NCBI RefSeq assembly: GCF_006345805.1
Contig: NW_021826210.1
Span: forward strand, 1 to 36,074
Reading direction: 5' to 3'
From: Octopus sinensis
Lineage: Eukaryota
Length of the DNA stretch: 36,074 nucleotides
The first letter of the stretch is position 1. Every line of letters begins with the position of its first letter. The translations under genes and the position numbers were made by a program. The notes beneath the pieces were generated by a model. The model searched no databases. It was given only the letters and a program-made list of their open reading frames with translations, and was not told the origin of the DNA. Shown in pieces: positions 12,330 to 23,520 of the stretch.

Positions 12330-14993
12330 GTAGGCAAGTTTGAAGACTGCCTTACAAAACAAGAAGTTCTTGTCACATTAGAACAACACATAAGTGTACT
12401 TCTTATGGGAGACTTCAATCTGCCCAATGTCAGATGGCCCAAAGGCCTTTCTCTCCCAGGAATGACACGATGCGAACGAGGACAGGCGAGGTCCTTCCTG
12501 AACCTCATCAACACTCTGTACATGGAGTAAATAATACTCCAACCAACCAGGGCAGGTAACATACTGGATCTCTGCTTCACAAATAATATGGATCGCATCC
12601 ATAATGTGAAAGTGACACCGACACTACTCTCGGATTACAACATGGTAGAGCTGACCATGTACGGACCAAAGGAAAGTATGGACATGCAGCCTACAAGAAA
12701 CTCTCAGAATCTTTCCAGCTTGAACTTCCATAAGGCAAACTGGAAACAAATTGAGAAAGAGATCCTCAAACAAAACTGGCCTAAATGTCTCTCCTCGCCA
12801 GACATCGACATGAAACTTCAACAATACGTGTCTGTACTGCAAGCCATATGCTACAAATGTGTCCCAGAGAGAAAGGCCACTGTACACTAGAATAAAATCC
12901 CCAGAGAGAGGAAAATTCTAATGAGACGGTATACAAAAGTTTCAAATCGCCTAAACAAACAAATTGAAAGCAGTGAAAAGTCATGCCTGAAGATACAACT
13001 GCTGGAAATCGAAAAATGTCTGCAACTCTCTCATGAAAAAGAAAGAGCAGACAAAGAAGCCTGGGCTATAGACAATATAAAATCTAACCCCAGAGCTTTC
13101 TACAAGTTTGCCAAGAAACAGCTACGGTGCACTGTAGGATAGGGCCACTCCTTGAAAAAGATGGTACACTTACAGGAAATCAAATGAGGATATGTGAAAT
13201 ACTAAATGAGTGATTCAAAAGCATTTTCACTTCACCCCTAGGGCACTTTCATGTCAGCAATCCAACTGAGTTCTTCACCACTGCAGATATAAGAACAGAG
13301 GCAATGATGATTGATTACATCAATATAAAGGAAGACGATGTAATAAGGGCTATAGATGAAATGAACCCAAACTCAGCTACTGGCCCTGATGGATTCTCAG
13401 CAATCCTTCTAAAAGTTAGTCCTAGCAAGACCACTGCAGTCCCTCTTTCAGAGCTTCCTTGGAACTGGCAAACTTGCAAGAAAACTGAAGGAGGGTAAAA
13501 TATGCCCTATTCATAAAGGAGGTAGCAGAGCGGAGGCCAAGAACTACAGACCTATCTCTCTGACCTCACACAGCAGCAAGGTCATGGAACGAATAGTCAG
13601 AAGGAAACTGATCACCTTCCTTGGAGAAAATGACTTGCTGCCTGACACCCAACATGGTTTCCGACCAGGAAGAAACTGCTTAACTCAGTTCCTACAACAC
13701 TATGACTGGGTGCTGAAACGGCTGCTCAACCACTCAAATGTGGAAGTCATATATCTCGACTTTGCAAAGGCCTTTGATAAAGTCGATCATGGAATATGTC
13801 ACAAACTGCGTGATCTTGGCATAGTTAGAAAATTGGGAGAATGGCTTCATGACTTTCTGAAGGATAGAAGTCAGGTGGTAGTAACCAATAGGGCCACCTC
13901 CTATGACACTCAAATAGTGAGCGGTGTTCCGCAGGGCACTGTTCTGGGACCACTACTGTTCATAATGGCCCTCTCAGACATGCCCTCAGCCACGCAGAGA
14001 GCCACGATCACAAGTTATGCAGATGATACAAAAGTTACACAGGCAATACAGAACCCTGAAGACATTATGCGCCTGCAATGTGAGCTGGACAAAATATACA
14101 AGTGGGCTGAAAAGAATAGCATGCAGTTCAATGCTGAAAAGTTTCAAGCTTTATGCTATCAGCATGCAAAACTAAATGCAATACCCAATAAATATACTGG
14201 ACCTGGAGAGATTGCAATCCAAGAGGCACAATCAGTGCGAGACCTGGGCATTTACATGAGTAATGATGCAACCTTTCATGTTGTTAAATTGGCAATGAAA
14301 TGCAGGCGGCTGACCAGATGGATTCTGAGAACTTTTAGAACAAGAGACCAGGAAACCATGATGGTCCTCTGGAAGACACTTGTCCTAAGCCACTTTGACT
14401 ATTGCTCTCAGCTATGGTCACCAAACAGTGTAAAATTAATCTCAGAACTTGAGGCAATCCAACGAAGCTACACGAAGAAGATAGCTTCTATGCAGCATAT
14501 AAGCTATTGGGAAAGACTCAAGAGATTGAGACTCTATTCCTTAGAGCGTAGGCGAGAAAGATCTGCCATAATATACATCTGGAAGATCCTGAAGGGGCTT
14601 GTCCCAAACTTTGGCATCGAGAGTTACACAAATACTAGAACTGGGTGCCACTGCATAGTGCCAAGTACTCCAAATTTGCCATCAAGATGTAGGACAAGAT
14701 ACTGCAATAACCTGGGCTTCAGAGGCCCGCAGCTCTTCAATATCCTCCCGAAGGACCTGCATGGGGTGGATGTAGGTGTCTTCAAAATAAAACTGGACCT
14801 CTTCCTGTCAGGTGTCCCAGATGAACAAATTCATGGCAGGAGGTGCAGATGAGGGCAGCTGCATCAAACTCTCTCATGCACCTAATGTCAATAGTTAAAA
14901 AGCATTTGTGAAGTAAAATTATGTAGCAACACCAAATGGCTGTGCCCCAGCATTCCCACAGCTCGTGAACTGAAACTAGATGAAATAAAAAAT
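12330..14993 (+). mobile_element. 5'-truncated CR1-type LINE (end of APE, RT, 3' end) adjoining the hAT remnant
   Basis: LLMGDFNLP, GPDGFSA, KNYRPISLT, QHGFRPGR, YLDFAKAFDKVDH, GVPQGTVLGPLLF and YADD (14016-14027). A-rich end at ~14993. Confidence 0.9.
13584..14852 (+). pseudogene. 422-aa uninterrupted reverse transcriptase ORF of the CR1-type LINE; upstream ORF2 is frameshifted
   Basis: ORF track plus RT motifs listed for the element. Stops and frameshifts between 12400 and 13580 disconnect the endonuclease. Confidence 0.85.
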
Positions 14994-15059
14994 ATGTATA
15001 TATATATATATTCATATAAATATTCACATATATAAATGCATGTGTGTTTTTTCAATGTT

Positions 15060-15630
15060 TAGAAATAAATAAATAGTTACCAGGGTAGCAAATATTCACA
15101 CACGTACCAAGGATGTAACAACCTACTTATAGAGGTGGAAACTCCAAGATTAGGTGAACTGTTTTTGTATACTATAGATAAATAAATAAATGGAGTTAAA
15201 CGGAAGTGTTCTTAAAACCTTTTTGCTTCCGACATTTGTTTTGAAGGAAACATTGGTATTATTCCTGAAGGAATAAAATGGTGTAAAACAATACAATCTT
15301 CTCATCAGGGAAAGAAAGAAACCAAACACATCAATAAGACATTTCAATAGGTGTTGACCGCGTTTATGATAAAAGGAATGCTAGCAAGTTTTTTTTTAAA
15401 AATCATTAGTAGATATAACCTCAAAGGTAAGTTATAGAAAGAGGAGGAGGAGAAAGAAAGAAATTAGCAGAAAGCTAATAGTTAAGAGATATAGATCGAT
15501 AGGTAAATAGGAGTAAATCTTAAAGTCGTGGAAGTTGATATATTTAGTGGAAGTGAAAAGTAAGAAGGCAGTCAAAGGTTGATGTCTTATTGATGTGTTT
15601 GGTTTCTTTCCCTGATGAGAAGATTGCATA
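15060..15630. mobile_element. Probable Penelope-like element terminal remnant with an inverted repeat and hammerhead motif
   Basis: 15294-15342 and 15582-15626 are inverted copies, identical apart from a 4-nt indel, and both contain CTGATGA. The PLE assignment is inferred because no ORF is left. Confidence 0.55.
15225..15314 (-). ncRNA. Type I hammerhead-like motif, long stem II, G12A in the core (probably inactive)
   Basis: Minus strand reads ctttcc-CTGATGA-gaag[~50 nt]cttc-AAAAC-aaat-GTC-ggaagc. Confidence 0.55.
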
Positions 15631-15656
15631 CACACACACACACACACACATATATA

Positions 15657-15708
15657 CATCATCATCATCATCATCGTTTAGCGTCCGTTTTCCATGCTAG
15701 CATGGGTT
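15657..15708 (-). mobile_element. Short RTE 3' tail fragment
   Basis: (cat)n-cgtttagcgtccgttttccatgctagcatgggtt. Confidence 0.8.
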
Positions 15709-15734
15709 ATATACACATATACATATATACACCC

Positions 15735-16422
15735 TAGCGGTTGAGGGAACCTGTGGAAAACCTGGGACGAGGTGGTGAAGCACGACCTTCGAACTTTAGG
15801 TCTCACTGAGGAAATGACTACAGACTGAGACCTTTGGAAGTATGCTTTGCATGAGAAGACCCGGCAGGACAAGTGAGGCCATAACCCATGTCCTCTACCG
15901 GGGATGTAGCCAGTCCACTTATGCATACCTTTCCTTCTTGGGACACAAAACTCTACTTGTAAAGACCTGCTGAGGCAAGTGAAAATCAAAATCGAAATCA
16001 AAATTGTAATCGATCAACATCAACGGAATTTGTAGCTGTGATACCAGTGCCGGTGGCATGTAAGAGAACCATCCGAACGTGGCCATAGCCAGCACCGCCC
16101 TGACTGGCCTCCATGCCGGTGGCACATAAAAAGCACCATCCAATCGTGGCCGTTGCCAGCCTCGTCTGGCCTCCGTGCTGGTGGCACGTAAAAAGCACCA
16201 TCCAATCGTGGCCGTTTGCCGGCCTCGTATGGCACCTGTGCCGGTGGCATGTAAAAAGCACCCACTACACTCACGGAGTGGTTGGCGTTAGGAAGGCATC
16301 CAGCTGTAGAAACACTGCCATATCTGACTGGGCCTGGTGCAGCCTTCTGGCTTCCCAGACCCCAGTTGAACTGTCCAACCCATGCTAGCATGGAAAGCGG
16401 ACATTAAACGATGATGATGATG
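15735..16422 (+). mobile_element. RTE LINE 3' end with ~63-nt tandem repeats in the 3' UTR and a (gat)n tail
   Basis: ttgagggaacctgtgg..gtggtgaagcacgaccttcgaactttagg matches the C-terminal coding part of 17908-18070. Repeat units start at 16049, 16115, 16177 and 16240. Confidence 0.9.
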
Positions 16423-16448
16423 ACACACACACATATATATATATATAT

Positions 16449-16495
<47 letters not shown>

Positions 16496-16505
16496 ATAGA
16501 TAGAT

Positions 16506-16549
<44 letters not shown>

Positions 16550-16550
16550 C
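16423..16550. repeat. Compound (CA)/(TA)/(GATA) microsatellite
   Basis: Direct reading. Confidence 0.95.
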
Positions 16551-16590
16551 TACATATACTTTATTTAAAGCAGCAGAAATAATACAAAAT

Positions 16591-16628
16591 CTGTTACTCA
16601 GAGTTTCACGTTCTCATTCGTCAGACAA
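16591..16628 (-). ncRNA. Minimal type I hammerhead ribozyme candidate with an intact core
   Basis: Minus strand reads ttgt-CTGACGA-atg agaa cgt-GAA-ACTC t GAGT-A-acag. Confidence 0.65.
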
Positions 16629-16934
16629 TCTTGTTAAAATGGAAACAGAAATAACAATATAATCAAAACTAGTTAAAGGATACACCTTTAAAATTGGATT
16701 TGTTTCATTGGCTGTTTCAATTAATGGTCTTAAGCATGCAATGAACAAAAGAAATGAATTTGAATATAAATTCATCCTATTGTAAAATAGAACAAAGCCT
16801 TAAATCAAAGAGTAGATTCAAAATACATATTGTAAATAACTATATAAGTCAGTACATTAAAATTAAAAGTAAAATTCTCATGCTGCATTACATAAGTATT
16901 TTACAACAGTATATACGCATATTAGACCATCTAT

Positions 16935-17028
16935 AATATATATACATACATCAAAATACACATGCATGCACATACTTACATACATATACAGACATATGTA
17001 AGATGTATACACAAAAATATACATATAT

Positions 17029-17081
<53 letters not shown>
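16935..17081. repeat. Degenerate (TACA)n and (TA)n microsatellite
   Basis: Direct reading. Confidence 0.9.
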
Positions 17082-17083
<2 letters not shown>

Positions 17084-17381
17084 TTGCAAACGTGCACGCA
17101 CATAAAAATCTCTTGGTGTATACATATACAAGTTAGTTATAACAGACAAGAGATAGGAAGTATATCTTAAACGTAGGGAGGGGGAAAGAAAAAGAAAAGA
17201 AGAACCCTAGCTGTAACAGCTAGTGAAAGAGGGAAGTAAGAGGGTAGGGAGGAGAGGAACGCATTATTTAAGGATGCTATCAAAGTAACAAATAGGGAGA
17301 GAAAGGATACTATACATAAGGAAAGAAAAAGGAAAGAGAAATAGGTGACAGAATATGTGACAAACGTACACATAAAATAAA

Positions 17382-20362
17382 TCATCATCATCCTCATCAT
17401 CATTGTTTAACGTTTGCTTCCATGCTAGCATGGGTTTGACGATTTGACTGAGAACTGGCAAACCAGATGGCTGCACCAGGTTCCAATCTTTATCTGGCAG
17501 TGTTTCTACAGCTGGATGCCCTTCCTAGTGCCAACCACTCCGAGAGTGTAGTGGGTGCTTTTACGTGCCACCTGCACAGGAGCCAGTCCTGCGTAACTGG
17601 CAACGAACTCGCTCAAATGTTTTTTTTTTGCATGCCACCAGCACAAGTACCAGTAAGGCGGCGTTGGTAACGAATGGTGCTCTTTACGTGTCACTGGCAC
17701 AGAAGCCAGTTGGCTGCTCTAGCAACAATCATGTTCAGATGGTGCTCTTAGCGCTCCACTGGCATGGATGCCAGTCATTGAATTTGATTTTGATTTCGAT
17801 TTCACTTGCCTCAACAGGTCTTTGCAAGCAGAGTTTAGTGTCCAATGAAGGAAAGACATGCATAAGTGAGCTGATTACACCGTTGGCATAGGCCACAGGT
17901 TATGGTCTCACTGGGCTTGCCGGGTCTTCTTAAGCACAGCATATTTCCAAAAGTCTCGGTCACTAGTCATTGCCTTGGTGAGGCCTAATGTTTGAAGGTC
18001 GTGCTTCACCACTTTATCCCAGATCTTCCTGGGTCTACCTCTTCCACAGGTTCCCTCAACTGTTAGGGTGTGGCACTTTTTCACACAGCTATCTTCATCC
18101 ATTCTCACCACATGGCCATACCAGCGCAGTCGTCTCTCTTGCACACCACATCTGATGCTTCTTAGGTCCAATCTTTCTCTCAAGGTACTTACATTCTGTC
18201 GAGTATGCACACTGACATTACACATCCATCGGAGCATACTGGCTTCATTCCTTGCGAGCTTACGCATGTCCTCAGCGGCCCATGTTTCATTGCCATGTAG
18301 CATGGCTGTTCGAACACATGTGTCATACAGTGTACCTTTAACTCTGAGCGAGAGGCCCTTTGTTACCAGCAGAGGTAAGAGTTCTCTGAACTTTGCCCAG
18401 GCTATTCTTATTCTAGCAGCTACACTTTCAGCACACCCTCCCCTGCTACTGACTTGGTCACCTAGGTAACGGAAGCTATCAACTACTTCTAGTTTTTCTC
18501 CCTGGAATGTGCCAGAAGTTGTTCTCTGCGTATTTTCAGTGTTTATTTCTCCTGACCCTCTGCCATATACAAAAGCTATCCTCCTAGCTAGCCTTCTTTT
18601 GATATTGCTGCACCTCTTATGTGACCATAGCTTAAACTGGGTACATCTTATAGTGTTTCTACCTACGCCTTTTCTACAGATCAAGCAGAGCCATCTACCT
18701 GAAGGGGTTTGTGGTTTGCCTGCCTTCTTACTTATTAGAACTTTGGTTTTAGCTAGGTTGATTCCAATGCCCTTCGATTCTAATCCTTGTTTCCACATCT
18801 GAAACTTCTCCTCTAGTTCTGATCGTAACTCAGCAATTAGAGCAAGGGCGTCAGCATAGAGGAGCTCCCAGGGGCATCCTGTCTTGAATTCCTGTTATTG
18901 CCTGGAGGACTATGATAAATAGGAGGGGGTCTGAGAACTGAACCTTAGTAGATCCCAACATCTTCCTGGAATTCTTCACTGTACTTGTTGCCAACCCTCA
19001 CCTTACTGACAGCATCCCTGTACATGGCTTGCACAGCTCTCACTAACCATTCATCTATCCCTAGTTTCCTTATTGACCATCAGATAAGGGATCGGGGGAC
19101 CCTGCCAAAGGCTTTCTCCATGTCAATGAAAGCCAGGTACAGAGGTTTAACTTTGGCTAGGTATTTCTCCTGCAGCTGTCTTAGCAGAAATATAGCATCA
19201 TTGGTGCTTTTCCCTGGCACGAACCCAAACTGCATCTCATCTAAACTGACTCTCTCCCCAATTAGTTGAGCTATGACCCTCTCTGTGACCTTCATTACCT
19301 GATCTAACAACTTGACACCTCTGTAATTATTTGTATCTAAAGTATCACCTTTTCCTTTGTAGCAGTTGGCTATAGTGCTGCTTCACCAGTCATTGGGTAT
19401 GATCCTTCGTGTATCACCTGGTCAACGGTATGGGTGACTAGGCTATATATTTTGAGCATGTCTGCAGTGATTCCTGATGGGCCAGGGGCTTTCCCTGTCT
19501 TCATACCTTTAATTGCTTTATCTATCAAGATACTGTCAACTTGGATAGCTGGTCCCTCTGTTGGGTCAACATTCAGCAGACTCTCTTTCTCCCATTCATT
19601 TTCTTTTGTTGAGCAATCTTTCATAGTGGCGTCTCCAAACCTCTCTCTTTGCATCCTCGTTTAGTGCAAATGAACCATCATCTATGCGGACACATTTCTC
19701 TCCTACAACATCACAATTCTCTCTCACACACTGTCTTGCAACTGAATTACCTGAAGTCTTTGGTCCTCACTGCACAGAACATTGGCAAATTTTTTCTTAT
19801 CTGCTTCCCCTCTGGCTAAATAAACCTGTCTCCTAGCTTCCCTTCTGGCAGTCTGATACAATTCCCTGCTACCACCGTTCTTTCAGTCCTTCCAAGCCTG
19901 TTTCTTTTCTATAATAGCCTTGTCAAGAACATTGTTCCACCCTCACATTATTTTGGGTCCAGAGGGGACTTTGCTCCATCCACAGATCTGCTCAGTGGCC
20001 CTCAGCAGATTGACGCGTAGAAACTGCCAGTTCTGTTCTACATTGTGGGAAGCTATATCCCATTCTATTTCGTCAAAGGCTTCGAGTATTATGTCTCTAA
20101 ATTTCTGTCAATTCGCAGGATCTTTAGGCTTCCAGACCCTTCTCCTCCATGCTGGTCGTCTTCTGGGTATCCACTTAATCCTGATCCTGAAGTCATTAAC
20201 TACCAGTCTATGTTGTGGGGTACATTCTTCACTTGGGAAGATTTTAGCATTTATAAGCAGCCATATTTCTCTTTTTCTGGCAAGGATGTAGTCAATTTGG
20301 CTAGTATGTCTGCTAGAACAGTAGGTGACTGGGTGACTAAAAGTACTAAAAGAAAGCAATAA
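17382..20362 (-). mobile_element. ~3-kb 5'-truncated RTE LINE (APE end, RT, C-terminus, 3' UTR, tail), inactive
   Basis: SQIDYIL (APE), GKAPGPSGI, QFGFVPGKSTNDAIFLLRQLQEKYL, FIDMEKAF, and a 296-aa C-terminal ORF 17908-18798. The catalytic YADD reads YADA (18847-18858). (cat)n tail at 17382-17403. Confidence 0.92.
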
Positions 20363-20379
20363 TAAAAGCTTCATGATCT

Positions 20380-22408
20380 GGAATTATTTTTATAAAGAAA
20401 TTGCCTATAATTTTGATTTCTGAAGTTTATTGAATTTTTTAAACTCCAAATTCTTCATAAATTCTAAATATTTATTGTATTCACTGGTTCAATTCTTCAT
20501 AAATTTAAATATTCATTGCATACACTGCAGAGTAGATTTTAACGTTTAATAATAAACACAATTAATTCGTTGCTGGCAACATTTTAGGATTTTGTCTGCA
20601 ACAGTCTCTCATTCTTGCTCGCCTCTATTTTCATTAACGATAATTTAATAACAGCTATATAACTTTAATGCAAGACACAATTTCAAGAATATTATCAGTT
20701 TCCGGAGTTAAATGAATATTTTTGCTAAAAAGAAAATTTTAAAAATATAATATAATTTTTAAGTGATTTTAAAATGAATATTTTTGATAAAGGATGTGAT
20801 TTTGTTGGTATGGCCACATGTGATCGCTACTATTTCTAGCACGCTAAACAAAATAGTTTTTAATGAGCTTTCATTTATATATAATGTGTGACTGAAAACG
20901 AAAATTTAGCAGCAGAGGCACAACGGCATAGAGAAAGACGAACAACTGAATCTGATGCCAGAATCTGCATGTAGACGTAGACATGATTCTGTTTCCACTA
21001 CACATGACAAACTGGTTAGGATATCTCAAGAGGAGAATATTCTACTTCAAAATAATGGTGCCAGATCACAAATTGTTGATGCAACACTGAAGAGATCTTT
21101 TCTTTGGGATCACATGGCAGTAGTGGAGTTGACAACCAATCTACAATTTCTTACAGAAAGTCATTCCGATGAAAGAGAGTTTGCCAATTACCTTCTTGAT
21201 GCATGAAATGGTAACATTTCTGTTGAAGAAAGCCTTGGTCAATTCAAAATCAAACTATCCATTGACCCTTGCCTTGAAAGTGGTATTCTTTCAGATCTAT
21301 GTGATTTTGTTTGTTCTGACATCAAAAATAACTTCACAAACCCTGTGTGACTTGTATATAGAACCATTGTTACTCCAACAAATGAAGCAGCACAATTTGT
21401 GAATGATTTTCTGTTGACCAGCATCCCTGGTGAGTGAAAAATATACAGAAGCTCAGATACAGTTAATAATGATACTCTGTACCCAATCGAGTTCATCGAC
21501 AAACTTACGCCATCAGGGTTTCCATCACACATTTTCAAACTGAAAAAAAAAAAAATGCTGCATAATGCTTCTGAGAAATTTAGATGCTACTAATGGACAT
21601 TGCAATGGCACACATTACATCATTGTCAGTTTATATGATCATGGTATTGAGGCTGATGTTGCTTCTGGTCCTTATGCAGGATCAACTCTGCTAATCCCAA
21701 GAATACCACATGTATCTCAAGAAATGGAATTTCCATTTACATTTACACGCAAACAATTTCCTGTCAAGCCAGCTTTTGCACTGAGACAGACTTTTGAACT
21801 AATTGAAATATATCTTCTAACATAATTCTTCTCACATGGTCAGCTGTATGTTGCATTATCTAGAGTTTGAAAGAAGACTAATGTAAAAATATTGGCTGAG
21901 AGAAATGGAAACTGTATGATTACTGACAATTGTATCTGCTGGGAGATTTAAAGCAAAAGATGCTTTTTAGCAAGTTTCAGTAAATAGAACACATAAATTA
22001 CGTATAAAGTAACATATATTTGAGTGGAATTAAATTGTTTTGGTATATTTCAGCACATGCCAAATGAATGATATAGTTATATTAGATCATTTTAAATTTG
22101 GGTATATTTGAAAAAGTAAGGTAATGTCATTCCCATGTGTTCTCACAACACCAGACTTTTGTGTGTGTGAGTGTATCCCACCATCCATCCAGCCATCCAT
22201 TATAAATATATATTACAGATTGACTCTTTAAAAAAGCGAGATAATGATTGATAAAACAATGAAAGCAATACTTACTATGCAAGAGAGCACTATTATACAA
22301 AGAAAGAATTAGACGTAAAATATAAAAATTATTAGAATTGGGAATCAAATGTGGAAATATTGTCAAGTGGCTAGCAGAAAACCACCCAGAGTGCAGTCTT
22401 TCTGCTAG
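20380..22408 (+). mobile_element. Internally deleted Helitron (PIF1 helicase remnant) with a CTAG 3' end
   Basis: RSQIVDATLKRSFLW, EREFANYLL, MLLRNLDATNGHCNGT, FTRKQFPVKPAFA and FSHGQLYVALSRV. It ends ..tttctgCTAG|t at 22405-22408. The 5' boundary is uncertain. Confidence 0.8.
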
Positions 22409-23350
22409 TATATATATATATATATATATAAAAAAATATAGCAACACTGTAGCACAATGTGTATTTGTCTCTCATTTTATTCCCTCTTTAAAATTGCCGA
22501 TTATCAGTTTTGAGAAAAGATTTGATTCATTGCAGTAAATTGTATACCAAAGAAGTTTATTAAGTGAAGATATTTTGAACTTAAATATCTTCTGTCTTTT
22601 GTCTTTAAACATTAACATCACAAAAACAAAACTGTTCTCTTGTAACACATACTTTTATAGATATAGCAATTTTTGTTGGTTTTTAAACCAGTCTCAATGT
22701 ATGTTTTTCCCCACCTTCTTCCTACTAGAAGATAAAGTAAGATGAATTTATTCTAACTCATAATACATCCTAAGTGTGTCCTTGAAACTTTTTTTTAAAA
22801 GTTATATATTTCCTTTCTGTTCATCACACAACTACAACACTTATTCTTTTCTTCTGTTTTTGTAAACATCACTATCTCTCACATTTTTGTTACAAACTTT
22901 CTTTTTGTTTCCCCACTGCTCACTTTATGATCTTTAGAATTATCTTTACAAACAGTAAAACTCTACAATCTTTTGAACTATCTTTATAAACAAAAGTGTT
23001 GAAATAATCACATGTCACTTTTTAAACTCACCACTTAATCTTTATTTTATGTTGTTCGTTTTAGGAGCCATTTCTTTATTTCTTTTATGCATCTCTATCT
23101 CCTATTTTCATAAACACTTTTTTTCTCTCTTACCCTTTCTTTATAACATTCTTTAAGAAATAGTTTCTTCTCTTGTTCTTCTTTTATTCATTTAATTGGC
23201 CACAAGGCCCTTGAACAGAAAGGAAGCTTCGGGCTGAACACGCACATAATGATATGAATGACAAATGAAATGGTGAAAAATGAGGACAATAAGCAACACC
23301 CGCCGATTGCTGTTTACCCGAAAGCATTGTTCTTTTTAAGTTTCATACTC

Positions 23351-23520
23351 GAGGCAATAAATCTCTTACACAGTTCAAAAAACACATTTATGAGACGATA
23401 AACCTCTTACATTTTTGCAATACAAAAACCATTTATGAGGCAATAAACCTCTTACACAATTCAAGAAAATACAATAACAATACAATAAAACACAATAAAA
23501 GTGAGGCACCAAACCTTTTA
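23351..23520. repeat. Degenerate tandem array of four GAGGCAATAAACCTCTTACA-like hairpin motifs
   Basis: Motif starts at 23351, 23392, 23437 and 23503. Confidence 0.8.

Noticed and set aside
11969-12598. 209-aa minus-strand ORF as a novel gene
   Set aside because: It is chimeric: antisense LINE sequence running into the hAT transposase frame.
16049-16262. Second CRISPR-like repeat array
   Set aside because: It is a tandem repeat within an RTE 3' UTR, and whole units are homologous.
23351-23520. CRISPR-like array (hairpin repeats with variable spacers)
   Set aside because: Spacers are unequal and related to each other, the repeats are degenerate, there are no cas genes and the context is eukaryotic.
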